From Reclinomonas americana ATCC 50394 (lineage: Eukaryota), in NCBI GenBank assembly GCA_048213135.1, contig PS015009.1:248001-312000 (forward strand): a stretch of DNA of 64,000 bases, in the 5' to 3' direction. How positions within the stretch are numbered: the stretch's first letter is position 1; every line of letters begins with the position of its first letter. Positions 17,831 to 27,486 of this stretch are shown one piece after another. A program made the translations under genes and the position numbers. The notes beneath the pieces are model-generated. The model was not told the origin of the DNA and searched no databases. It worked only from the letters and a program-made list of their open reading frames with translations.

Positions 17831-19126
17831 TCACATTAAAAGAAAATTTTTCAAAGCTGCAAAGTCAGCCTCCATCTTCACACTAACCTTGGTGAGTTCC
17901 AATTGTTGCTGCACGGTTTCGGGAACAGGGACAGGCTTGCCGGTAACGGGTTCAATAACATCGTAGAACTTAACCGGGTGGGCGGTTTCAAGAAATACGC
18001 CTTTTGCACCGGTATGGTTATCGAGGTATTGTTCCAGCGCGGTATACGCTACTGCTCCATGAGGATCAGTGAGGTAATCGTATTCGCTGAGTACCGTTTT
18101 CATGGTCTGCCTGGTCTCATCATCGGAAACACTTGCGGCACTCAGTATTGTTTTCAGTTCAGTACTATCGTTGCCGAATAAACGCAGGATGCGCACAAAG
18201 TTGCTGGGATCGCCCACATCCATGGCATTGGAAATGGTAGGTATCGCTTTTTGAGGATCATACATTCCTCCTTTGAGGAAGCGGGGTACCACATCATTGG
18301 CATTGCAGGCCGCGATAAAATGACGAACGGGCAAACCTGAGCGATTGGCCAGCAAGCCTGCGCAAATGTTACCGAAATTACCACTGGGCACAGCTACCAC
18401 CGGCGGATGATCTTTATCTTCCCATTGTTTCCATAAATAAAAATAATAGAACTGCTGTGGCAACCACCTGGCCACATTGATGGAGTTGGCGGATGTAAGC
18501 GATAACTGCTGTTGCAACTGCGCATCGGCAAAAGCCTGCTTGACCATGGCCTGGCAATCATCGAAACTACCGTTAATCTCCAGCGCACGGATATTTTCGC
18601 CCAGTGTGGTGAGCTGCTTCTCCTGCACATTACTCACTTTACCGGACGGATAAAGGATCACCACATCCACCCCATCTACTTTATAAAAACCATTGGCCAC
18701 AGCACCACCGGTGTCGCCGGACGTAGCCACAAGTACAGTCACCTTTCCCTTATTCCCTTTTGCGAAGTAGCCGAGGCAGCGGCTCATGAAGCGGGCACCC
18801 ACATCCTTGAAAGCCAGTGTTGGACCGTGAAACAATTCCAGTGCCGACATGCGGTCATTGACGGCTACCAGCGGAATATCGAAGTTCACTGTTTCTTCTG
18901 CAATACGGCGAAGCGATGCTTCATCGATGGCATCTCCTGTATAGGGCCTGATCACTTCCAGTGCAATAGCCTCATTGGAATAGGAAGAAATATTTTTGAT
19001 GAGTCGCTGATCCGCAACAGGGATCTGACGCGGAAAGTACAAACCCTTGTCCGGCGCCTGTCCGGCAATGGTGGCCTGTTTAAAATGAACATCGGGCGAC
19101 TGCCCGTTGAGACTATAGTATTGCAT
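17831..19126 (-). CDS. thrC: threonine synthase
   Basis: ELFHGPTLAFKD (PLP Lys), ATSGDTG, SANSIN, PSGNFGN, ETAHPVKF. Confidence 0.97.
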   Translation of the reverse strand: MQYYSLNGQSPDVHFKQATIAGQAPDKGLYFPRQIPVADQRLIKNISSYSNEAIALEVIRPYTGDAIDEASLRRIAEETVNFDIPLVAVNDRMSALELFHGPTLAFKDVGARFMSRCLGYFAKGNKGKVTVLVATSGDTGGAVANGFYKVDGVDVVILYPSGKVSNVQEKQLTTLGENIRALEINGSFDDCQAMVKQAFADAQLQQQLSLTSANSINVARWLPQQFYYFYLWKQWEDKDHPPVVAVPSGNFGNICAGLLANRSGLPVRHFIAACNANDVVPRFLKGGMYDPQKAIPTISNAMDVGDPSNFVRILRLFGNDSTELKTILSAASVSDDETRQTMKTVLSEYDYLTDPHGAVAYTALEQYLDNHTGAKGVFLETAHPVKFYDVIEPVTGKPVPVPETVQQQLELTKVSVKMEADFAALKNFLLM

Positions 19127-19146
19127 ATGCGTTGCTGTTGGTTGGT

Positions 19147-20070
19147 TTACGGGTCGATGATCCTGACACCGTCGTAATTGATATGGGTTACATAAGAGCG
19201 GTGATCTACACCCAGTTGGTCATACTGCTCCTGCATGATGTGCTGTACTTCTTCTGCCGTATTTCTTTCCCTGCTGAACATAAAAATAGAAGGCCCCGAT
19301 CCGGAGATACCTCCGCCAAGTGCACCTGCCTCTTTGCTCTGCTGCTTCACTTCATCGAAACCCGGTATCAGTATACTGCGGACGGGTTCAATGATCACAT
19401 CTTCGAGTGAACGGCTGATGAGGTCATAATCTTCTTTAAGAAAACCGGTAACCAGCCCGGCAATGTTGCCCCACTGTTTGATAGCATCTTTCAGTTGTAC
19501 CTCCCTGCGCAGTATCTGCCTGGCATCGGATGTTTTTACTTCCAGTTGCGGATGTATAACGGTAACGTATAGTGGCGGAGCGGTGAGTTGAACAATATCG
19601 AGCGGGAATATGGAGCGGATCAGCGTGATGCCTCCATAAATGCCGGGTGCGATATTGTCGGCATGTTTAACACCACTGGCCAGTTTTTCCCCGTTCATGG
19701 CAAAGCGTACCAGGTCTTCCCTGCTGAAAGGATTACCCAGCAGGTGATTGGCGGCTACTACCGCACCCGCGGAGCCCGCCGCGCTGGAACCCAGTCCGCT
19801 GCCGGGTTTGATCGTTTTGTGCACTTCCACCTCAAAACCTGCTTTACCATCATATTCCTGCAGCAGTGCCTGCAAAGCCGCCCCTGCCACATTACGGTCG
19901 GGCGCTTCGGGTAAACCGTAATCGTCTGTATGACGAATGCGGATGACGGGTTCATCAATCAGCGTGAGCTGCATGGTATCGGCAGGGTTATCGAGCGCCA
20001 TGCCGAGGATATCGAAACCGCAGACCAGGTTGGCCACGGTGGCGGGTGCCTGTACTGTTATTGTTGTCAT
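19147..20070 (-). CDS. thrB: homoserine kinase
   Basis: PATVANL.CGFD, GSGLGSSAA GHMP motif, HADN, ISGSGP. Confidence 0.97.
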   Translation of the reverse strand: MTTITVQAPATVANLVCGFDILGMALDNPADTMQLTLIDEPVIRIRHTDDYGLPEAPDRNVAGAALQALLQEYDGKAGFEVEVHKTIKPGSGLGSSAAGSAGAVVAANHLLGNPFSREDLVRFAMNGEKLASGVKHADNIAPGIYGGITLIRSIFPLDIVQLTAPPLYVTVIHPQLEVKTSDARQILRREVQLKDAIKQWGNIAGLVTGFLKEDYDLISRSLEDVIIEPVRSILIPGFDEVKQQSKEAGALGGGISGSGPSIFMFSRERNTAEEVQHIMQEQYDQLGVDHRSYVTHINYDGVRIIDP

Positions 20071-20079
20071 ATGTATGAA

Positions 20080-22539
20080 TTAAAGATTAGCGGCCCGCAT
20101 GATATCAGCAAATACACCGGAGGCGGTTACTTCCGCACCGGCGCCGGCACCTTTGATCACCAGCGGTTGTTCAGGATAGCGGTCGGTATAAAACAGTACG
20201 GCATTATCCTTTCCGTACAAATGATAAAAGTCACTTTGCGGATCGACTTGCTGCAATCCTACTTTCGCGGTTGATTTTCCATCTGCGGAGAACGAATAAG
20301 CAGCAACGAATTTCAGTTTCTTTTCCGCCGCTTTGGCTTCTTCCCATAATTTCCTGAAATGGTTTTCTTCTTCTTCCATGCTGGCATAAAAATCATCTAC
20401 GGTACCTTCCATGCACCGGGCAGGCATAAAGGAATTATTATGGATACCATCCATCTCCAGTTCAGCGCCGGCTTCCCTGGCCAGAATCATGATCTTGCGC
20501 ATCACGTCTTTTCCACCCAGGTCGAGCCGCGGATCGGGTTCGGTATATCCTTCGTCCTGCGCCTGTTTAACTACCGACGCGAAGGAACGGCTGCCATCAT
20601 AATTATTGAAAACAAAATTAAGCGTACCGCTGAGTACGGCTTCTATACGACGGATGGTATCGCCGCTCCGCACCAGGTCGCCCAGTGTACCGATCACCGG
20701 CAGGCCCGCGCCTACGTTGGTCTCGAACAGGAAACGGGTATTAAACTCATTCGCCGAATTTTTCAGTTGTTTGTAATAACTGTAAGAAGATGAGGCCGCC
20801 ACTTTATTACAGGCTACCACGGCAATACTTTTTTTAAGCAGCGCGTCATAAGTACCGGCCAGTTCATCATTGGCTGTAATATCAATGAACACTGCATTGC
20901 GCAGGTTCTTTTCCCTGGCCAGCTTGGTGAAGCCATCACTGCTTGCGGGAACCCCGCTGTTGAGATATTCTTCCCATTTGCCCAGGTCAATACCTTCCTC
21001 GTTCACATACATTTTCCTGCTGTTGGCCATGCCCGCCACTTTCAGCTGAATGCCAAACTGCCGCAACAACAAAGGCTGCTGCTGCCGCAGCTGGTTCACC
21101 AGTTTCTTACCAACATTACCCAGCCCGGCAATGAACAGGTTCACTTGTTTATACGCGTTCTCGAAAAAATCTTCGTGCAATACGTTCACCGCTTTTTTTA
21201 CATCGGCAGTACCGATAACAGCAGAGATATTTCTTTCCGAAGCACCCTGCGCAATGGCCCTGATGTTGATACCGTTCCTGCCCAGCGCGGCAAACATTTT
21301 ACCACTGATGCCGGTGTGATTTTTCATTCCATCACCTACAATGGCCACAATAGACAGGTTGTCTTCCGCCTGCAATGGTTTTACCAGGCTGGTACCGATC
21401 TCGTAGGCAAAAGCATTGTCCACCACCTCGCAGGCTTTGCTTTTATACTGCGCTTCTATACCCACGCAGATGGAATGTTCCGACGAGCCCTGTGTAATAA
21501 GGATGACATTGATGGAAGCATTGGCCAGCGCTTCAAACAAACGTTTTGAAAAACCTGGTATGCCTACCATACCACTGCCTTCCAGGCTGATGAGCACCAG
21601 GTTATTGATACTGGAAATACCGCGGACCACGTCATGATCGTGCTGTGATTCATTTCGGATCAGCGTTCCCTCATCGGCAGGCTGAAAAGTATTTTTGATC
21701 CACACCGGGATGGCTTTGTTCATAACCGGCTGTATGGTTGGCGGGTAGATGACTTTGGCCCCAAAGTGCGACAGTTCCATAGCTTCCTGGTACGATATAC
21801 GCGATACCGGCCTGGCATTGTTCACCAGCCTGGGGTCGGCGGTCATCATACCCGAAACATCAGTCCATATTTCGAGTACTTCCGCATCGAGTGCGGCAGC
21901 GAGGATAGCCGCGGTATAATCGGAACCGCCACGGCCGAGTGTGGTGGTGATATTATTTTTATCTGACGCGATGAATCCCGGTACAATCACCAGTGATGCC
22001 GGTGTGCTGCTAAAATGATCACGTACCTGTCTCGTTGTTGTTTCGGCATCAACAGCGGCCATGCCATAATTGCTGTTGGTGCGGATGAGTTCACGGGCAT
22101 CTTTCCATTCATTGGCAAGCCCCTGTGCATCAAAAGCGGAAGCAATGATCCGGGAAGAAAGCAGTTCGCCATAACTGATCACCCGGTCGCGGGTGCGGGC
22201 AGAGAGTTCGCCTAAAAGAAAAATACCGTTGCAGATATCCTCTATTTCGTTACAGGATTTTTTTACACTGCTGAGTACACTGCTTTGCTGCTGAACAGGG
22301 ACCAGTTCTTTTACTGCTGCCAGGTGCCTTTTTTCCAGCTCCTGCAAATGATCGCGGTATACCGGGTCATTGGCAGCAGCTTCACCGGCACATTGCAGTA
22401 ACAGGTCGGTGATGCCACCCAGGGCGGAGACCACCACGGCCAGCCGGGTCCCTTCCTGTTTTTCTTTGATGATGGATGCCACTTTATTAATATTGGCCGC
22501 ACTGGCTACTGAACTGCCTCCGAATTTTAATACCTGCAT
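20080..22539 (-). CDS. thrA: bifunctional aspartokinase/homoserine dehydrogenase
   Basis: KFGGSS, TLGRGGSD, two ACT domains, GLGNVG, ETNVGAGLP, GYTEPDPR. Confidence 0.97.
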   Translation of the reverse strand: MQVLKFGGSSVASAANINKVASIIKEKQEGTRLAVVVSALGGITDLLLQCAGEAAANDPVYRDHLQELEKRHLAAVKELVPVQQQSSVLSSVKKSCNEIEDICNGIFLLGELSARTRDRVISYGELLSSRIIASAFDAQGLANEWKDARELIRTNSNYGMAAVDAETTTRQVRDHFSSTPASLVIVPGFIASDKNNITTTLGRGGSDYTAAILAAALDAEVLEIWTDVSGMMTADPRLVNNARPVSRISYQEAMELSHFGAKVIYPPTIQPVMNKAIPVWIKNTFQPADEGTLIRNESQHDHDVVRGISSINNLVLISLEGSGMVGIPGFSKRLFEALANASINVILITQGSSEHSICVGIEAQYKSKACEVVDNAFAYEIGTSLVKPLQAEDNLSIVAIVGDGMKNHTGISGKMFAALGRNGINIRAIAQGASERNISAVIGTADVKKAVNVLHEDFFENAYKQVNLFIAGLGNVGKKLVNQLRQQQPLLLRQFGIQLKVAGMANSRKMYVNEEGIDLGKWEEYLNSGVPASSDGFTKLAREKNLRNAVFIDITANDELAGTYDALLKKSIAVVACNKVAASSSYSYYKQLKNSANEFNTRFLFETNVGAGLPVIGTLGDLVRSGDTIRRIEAVLSGTLNFVFNNYDGSRSFASVVKQAQDEGYTEPDPRLDLGGKDVMRKIMILAREAGAELEMDGIHNNSFMPARCMEGTVDDFYASMEEEENHFRKLWEEAKAAEKKLKFVAAYSFSADGKSTAKVGLQQVDPQSDFYHLYGKDNAVLFYTDRYPEQPLVIKGAGAGAEVTASGVFADIMRAANL

Positions 22540-22631
22540 ATGATTGTTTTAAAAGGGAAAATATGAATTGAAATGACCCGGGATCCGGGTGTGTGGCTGT
22601 TGCCCATGGGGTGATATGAAAATGTACAACC

Positions 22632-22724
22632 CTAACGGGTTGTTGTAGTGGTAGTAGTGGTAACGCACAGGCACGGGGTTGTGGAAACCGCGGAAATCAA
22701 CCTGATATGTTGGAGCCTGTTCAT
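22632..22724 (-). CDS. thrL: thr operon leader peptide (30 aa)
   Basis: Manual translation MNRLQHIRLISAVSTTPCLCVTTTTTTTTR*, with 8 consecutive Thr codons, ending 92 nt upstream of thrA. Confidence 0.88.
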   Translation of the reverse strand: MNRLQHIRLISAVSTTPCLCVTTTTTTTTR

Positions 22725-23059
22725 GACAAGATTGGAGTTCTAAGATAAGGAATCTGTTCATATGACCAATTTTTTTCGGGCCGGGCTGTCACCCCGGGAT
22801 CATATTTTTAGATAAATCCCCGCTTTTACCCCTTCATTATTATATGATTATGCAGCCTGGGCGTGGTTTTCGGGTAAAAACCCGTGCTTTTAAGTATTAT
22901 TCCCGTATTTTATTAATATTTCATGGAAACACCTATCTTTACTATAATTAATGGTTTTAGTTTTTACGCTATTGGCTGAAGTAGCTTTTAAAAGTCGGAT
23001 TCAGTTCATTGTTATAACTAAGTCATTATTCTTTTTTAATTAAATTAAAAGTTATTACA

Positions 23060-23446
23060 ATGAACATCTATGTTGGAAATTTAAGCTGGACCATGACTGA
23101 TGACGATCTGATGAATCTCTTCACTCAGTATGGCAGCGTAACTAGCGCAAAAATCCTGAAGGACAAAATGAACGGCCGCAGCAAAGGCTTTGGTTTTGTT
23201 GAAATGGACGACGAAGAAGCAGCTAAAACTGCTATCGCTAACCTGAACGAAACTGAAGTAATGGGCCGCAAGCTCATCGTTAACGAATCACAACCCCGCA
23301 CTGAAGGTGGTGGCGGTGGTGGTTTCAAAAAGCGCAGCTTCGGCGGCGGTGGTGGTAACCGCGGTGGCGGTGGCTACGGCGGCGGTGGAAACCGTGGCGG
23401 TGGTTACGGTGGCAACCGTGGCGGTGGTTATAACAAAGATTATTAA
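23060..23446 (+). CDS. RRM RNA-binding protein with Gly-rich tail
   Basis: RNP2 IYVGNL, RNP1 KGFGFVEM, GGGNRGGGGY repeats. Confidence 0.95.
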   Translation: MNIYVGNLSWTMTDDDLMNLFTQYGSVTSAKILKDKMNGRSKGFGFVEMDDEEAAKTAIANLNETEVMGRKLIVNESQPRTEGGGGGGFKKRSFGGGGGNRGGGGYGGGGNRGGGYGGNRGGGYNKDY

Positions 23447-23468
23447 TCTTACCGATCATACATTTTTT

Positions 23469-23497
23469 AAGGCCTTCCCTCTGGTGAGGCCTTTTTT
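23469..23497 (+). terminator. intrinsic terminator
   Basis: AAGGCCTT...GAGGCCTTTTTT. Confidence 0.65.
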
Positions 23498-23543
23498 ATT
23501 CCCACAGGTTTCAAACTAACATTCACCCTGCGAATCTCATCTT

Positions 23544-24779
23544 ATGGCTTCCGGTAAAAAAGCCGCGATAGGCTTTATTTTTATTACACTGATGATCGAT
23601 GTTACAGGCATGGGACTGATCATTCCCGTTATGCCCAAACTGATCGAGCAGCTGATCAGCGGCGATATCAGCCAGGCCAGCACTTATGGCGGGCTCCTGG
23701 TAAGCATGTACGCGGTTATGCAGTTTTTATTCGCACCGGTACTCGGCGGACTCAGTGACCGCTATGGCAGGCGGCCGGTATTACTTTTCTCTTTATTGGG
23801 TTTCGGGCTTGATTATCTTTTCCTTTCATTTGCACCTACCATCGGCTGGCTGTTTTTGGGCAGGTCCCTCGCAGGTATTACCGGCGCGAGTTTTACCACG
23901 GCTTCAGCTTATATAGCAGATGTAAGTACCAACGAAAACAGGGCGCAGAACTTTGGCATGATCGGCGCTGCCTTTGGCGCAGGTTTCGTAATAGGTCCAT
24001 TGCTGGGCGGACTGCTGGGCTCACTCGGACCAAGGGTGCCTTTTATGGTGGCCGCAGGGTTAAGCCTGCTCAACTGCCTGTATGGATATTTTGTATTGCC
24101 CGAATCACTCGCACCTGATAAACGCCGGCCTTTCAACTGGAAAAGGGCCAACCCGGTAGGCTCTCTGCTGCAGTTAAAAAAATACCCGGCGCTGGGCGGG
24201 CTCATCAGTTCCTTTGTACTCATCTCCCTTGCAGCGCATGCCGTACAAAGCAACTGGACTTTTTTTGTAGTGGAAAAATTCAAGTGGAGTGAATTCATGA
24301 TCGGTCTTTCACTGGCACTGGTCGGCGTACTCGTAGGCCTGGTGCAGGGCGTGCTTGTCCGTTTCACTACCCCTAAGCTGGGGAATGAAAAAAGTATTTA
24401 CATTGGTCTGTTCCTCTATTCGCTCGGGCTTTTCCTTTTTGCTTTTGCTACGCAGAGCTGGATGATGTTTGCCTTTTTAGTGCCGTACTGCCTGGGTGGT
24501 ATATGCGGCCCCTCCCTTCAATCGGTGATCAGTGGTAATGTACCTGCCAATGAACAGGGTGAGTTACAGGGAGCGCTGACCAGCCTCATGAGCGTAACCT
24601 CTATTATCGGCCCGGCTATGATGACAGGCTTATTTTCTTATTTTACCAAACCCGGGGCACCGGTACATTTTTCCGGAGCGGCATTTTTGCTCGGTGGTAT
24701 CTTTATGCTGGGCAGCGCCATCATTGCCTACCGGGCCCTGCATCCTGCCAGGAAAACGGCAGTCAACCAACCATCATGA
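23544..24779 (+). CDS. TCR/Tet family MFS transporter
   Basis: GGLSDRYGRRPV motif A, GITGA...AYIAD, GAAFGAGFVIGP motif C, 12 TM. Confidence 0.92.
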   Translation: MASGKKAAIGFIFITLMIDVTGMGLIIPVMPKLIEQLISGDISQASTYGGLLVSMYAVMQFLFAPVLGGLSDRYGRRPVLLFSLLGFGLDYLFLSFAPTIGWLFLGRSLAGITGASFTTASAYIADVSTNENRAQNFGMIGAAFGAGFVIGPLLGGLLGSLGPRVPFMVAAGLSLLNCLYGYFVLPESLAPDKRRPFNWKRANPVGSLLQLKKYPALGGLISSFVLISLAAHAVQSNWTFFVVEKFKWSEFMIGLSLALVGVLVGLVQGVLVRFTTPKLGNEKSIYIGLFLYSLGLFLFAFATQSWMMFAFLVPYCLGGICGPSLQSVISGNVPANEQGELQGALTSLMSVTSIIGPAMMTGLFSYFTKPGAPVHFSGAAFLLGGIFMLGSAIIAYRALHPARKTAVNQPS

Positions 24780-25327
24780 TCACTGCAGAACAGGCCATAG
24801 CGCATACTAAAAAATGGGTCGCCGATGTGGTGATCGGCTGTAACTTTTGCCCCTTTGCTGCAAGAGAAGTCAAACGCAACAGCATCCGATACCTGGTTGA
24901 AAATGCTCCAACACTGAATGCAGCCCTGGTTTCATTGATACGGGAATGCCAGCTGCTCGACGAAGATCCTTCCATTGCCACCACGCTGATCATTTACCCG
25001 AAAGGATTCACCGATTTTGAGGATTATCTCGAATTACTTGGCATAGCTGAATCTTTACTGAAAAAGGAAGGGTATGAAGGCATTTACCAGCTGGCAAGTT
25101 TTCACCCGGAGTACCAGTTTGGCGGAACGGCCAAAGATGATGCTTCCAATTATACCAACCGGTCGCCCTACCCCATGCTTCATTTATTACGGGAAGATGA
25201 TATTGAAAAAGCACTGGTCAATTTCCCTGATCCGGACTCCATCCCGGAAAAAAATATTGCCTATACGCATAAGGTGGGCAGGGAATATATGCAGCGTTTA
25301 TGGATGGCGTGTTTTGCCGGTGAATAA
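24776..25327 (+). CDS. DUF1415 family protein
   Basis: VVIGCNFCPFA, QLASFHP, NYTNRSPYPMLHLLRE; ATGA overlap with the MFS gene. Confidence 0.88.
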   Translation: MITAEQAIAHTKKWVADVVIGCNFCPFAAREVKRNSIRYLVENAPTLNAALVSLIRECQLLDEDPSIATTLIIYPKGFTDFEDYLELLGIAESLLKKEGYEGIYQLASFHPEYQFGGTAKDDASNYTNRSPYPMLHLLREDDIEKALVNFPDPDSIPEKNIAYTHKVGREYMQRLWMACFAGE

Positions 25328-25338
25328 ACTACAGCGTT

Positions 25339-26172
25339 CTACTTTCCTTCCAGTGCCGCCATCATTTTTACCGACGAGTCCAGTTCCTGTTCCAATGCCT
25401 TCGGGTTGAAACCCGCAAAGCTTTTAAAATCCTTGATCAGGTGTGCCTGGTCAAAATAGCCAAACAGGTGGGCGATGCTGGTCCAGTTCATATCCGGGTT
25501 CCTTTCCTTCATGGCATAAGCCTGGCTGAAGCGGGTAAGCCTGGCATATAGTTTCGGGCCGATCCCCAGCTTCTCAAAACTTTTTCTTTCCAGTTGTCTC
25601 GTACTCACGCAGGCATAATCCGCGAATGTCTCCATGGAAAGATTTCCGTTGTACTTCACCAGTTCCGCGACGGCTTCATCAAAAGGAGTGATCGCCTTAG
25701 CCGATCTCATTTGCCGGAAAAGAAACTGCTCGATAATGTACTGGATATCCTCATTGGTTTCCGCCTCTTTCAGCCGCATTTCCGTTTCTTTTATTTCCTT
25801 CCCGAAGATAAGTGCAGCATCAAATTCCTGGTTGACAAATTCCTGGACGGGGATACCGGTAAGCCGCTGGAAGCCCCCGGGTTTGAAAATAATACCAACT
25901 GCATGCCTGACAGGTCCAAAATCTATTACATCATTGAGCAGGCGGGGGCCTACGATATAACAAAGCGGGCAGGCCCTGAACCCTTTGCCATCTTCAGTTT
26001 CAAGCCGAAGCGGATAATCACACATCGTAAAGCACAGGTGCATGTTGTTCATCCAGGGGAAACGATAGACCGAGTTCATTTCCCCGATGGTGAAATCGAT
26101 TTGCATAACGGTGATCGAGTTGACGATCTCTTTGAGTGCCGGGTGAATATTGAAATGATGATACGGTTGCAT
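25339..26172 (-). CDS. AraC family transcriptional regulator (DUF6597-type N-terminus)
   Basis: PALKEIV N-terminus; STRQLERK...GIGPK...RF and GYFDQAHLIKDFK double HTH. Confidence 0.9.
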   Translation of the reverse strand: MQPYHHFNIHPALKEIVNSITVMQIDFTIGEMNSVYRFPWMNNMHLCFTMCDYPLRLETEDGKGFRACPLCYIVGPRLLNDVIDFGPVRHAVGIIFKPGGFQRLTGIPVQEFVNQEFDAALIFGKEIKETEMRLKEAETNEDIQYIIEQFLFRQMRSAKAITPFDEAVAELVKYNGNLSMETFADYACVSTRQLERKSFEKLGIGPKLYARLTRFSQAYAMKERNPDMNWTSIAHLFGYFDQAHLIKDFKSFAGFNPKALEQELDSSVKMMAALEGK

Positions 26173-26438
26173 AGTATAATTTGAAGGGTTTATACTGATT
26201 AATGGGATGTCGCTCTCCTATTCTTCAAAACGTCGGATTCTTACAATTTTTATTTTACAGGATGATCAAAATTTGATAATACATAAAACGGGAGCCTGCA
26301 GTGCTGCAGTAGAAGCCGGTACACTATAAAACTATTCAACGAAAATCTGTACCCGTTAATCATGCTACTGCAGGTGAAATGGCCGGATGGCCGGACCGCT
26401 ATATGATCGATACATTATTCTAACTTAAAAATTTACCA

Positions 26439-26807
26439 ATGAAAAAAATCATTTTACTGATCGCGGTTATTGCTGCATCAGGACTTTCCGTTCTGTTTGT
26501 GAACAGTTATGCAAACACTACACAACAACAGGTTACCGGTAGTATGAAGAAAGCCCTTAAACAGTTTCAACTTGACTACCGGGCTGGTAATGGTACGCTC
26601 GTCAGGGTATTCGGAACCACAGATGGCTTTTTTGGGCATGGTTCAGCCATGATCCATATTATTATGCCCGACGGTACCGTGATCGATGATTTTGTGATAT
26701 TCAGCGGCCATACTCCTGATGATAAACTGGCGCAATTGTTCAAAACCTATGAGGGGTTTGAAGATGCATTCTGGGAAGCCGCGGACGGGGCCGGCGACGG
26801 GAATTAA
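26439..26807 (+). CDS. small secreted hypothetical protein
   Basis: MKKIILL signal peptide after an A-rich Bacteroidota-type start context. Confidence 0.75.
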   Translation: MKKIILLIAVIAASGLSVLFVNSYANTTQQQVTGSMKKALKQFQLDYRAGNGTLVRVFGTTDGFFGHGSAMIHIIMPDGTVIDDFVIFSGHTPDDKLAQLFKTYEGFEDAFWEAADGAGDGN

Positions 26808-26845
26808 AATTAAAACCGATTTTATTAATTAATAAAAAAACGTCT

Positions 26846-27223
26846 ATGAAAAAAAGTATTGTATTGACCGCTCTCCTTATGGCAACGGGGATCTCTGTTT
26901 CAATTGCCGGCAGCAGGGTAAACCCTGCCAGGCTTTCTGGCATTATCCCCGTTTGTTCGATTGCTGAGAAAGGCGACTGGGATTTCGAATTTTCTTATAA
27001 GGTTGGGAATGTGACCGTAAGGGTGACCGGTATTATCTATATGCGTGGAGATAATGGAGAAATATCGGGGGTGATTTTTGTAACGATTACAGATGATAAT
27101 GGCAATACCCTGACCTGGGATGAGCCCTTCAATATACAGTCGGCCAATACCGGGCCATTGTTTCAGCAGTATCCTGAAGTTGGCCGGCAATTTTTATACG
27201 ATGTAGCCCATATTGGGCATTAG
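26846..27223 (+). CDS. small secreted hypothetical protein, probable paralog of 26439..26807
   Basis: MKKSIVL signal peptide; shares an FxxxY(R/K)xGN...VRVxG pattern with the upstream ORF. Confidence 0.75.
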   Translation: MKKSIVLTALLMATGISVSIAGSRVNPARLSGIIPVCSIAEKGDWDFEFSYKVGNVTVRVTGIIYMRGDNGEISGVIFVTITDDNGNTLTWDEPFNIQSANTGPLFQQYPEVGRQFLYDVAHIGH

Positions 27224-27449
27224 TGCAGGAATGTTTCAGGTTTTGATCCCGGTTGTTTACCAGCCGGGATTTTTTTGCCGGGCATTGAGAATTGATTATG
27301 TAATACATGTTCAATACGCGATTGGCCATGTTCAATGGGTAAGCATAAAAAACCGACTATAAAGCCGGGGTTCAATGAATATGGCAGCCGCAGCGAAGCG
27401 AAGTCCCGGCTAAAAGCCGGGGTACCTGCGTACAATAGTTTACAAAATA

Positions 27450-27478
27450 AAAAAGCCCTTCGATAAATCGAAGGGCTT
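27450..27478 (-). terminator. rRNA operon terminator
   Basis: Minus strand AAGCCCTTCGAT-tt-ATCGAAGGGCTTTTTT just after the 5S gene. Confidence 0.85.
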
Positions 27479-27486
27479 CAATGAAT

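Noticed and set aside
22549..22761. 70-aa ORF with YHYYHY as the leader peptide
   Set aside because: Out-of-frame reading of the Thr-codon run; the Thr8 frame fits thrABC.
23307..23428. GGC/GGT-rich DNA repeat
   Set aside because: Simply encodes the Gly-rich tail of the RRM protein.
23544..24779. Acquired tetracycline resistance gene
   Set aside because: TCR/Tet-family MFS without TetR or mobile context; substrate cannot be inferred.
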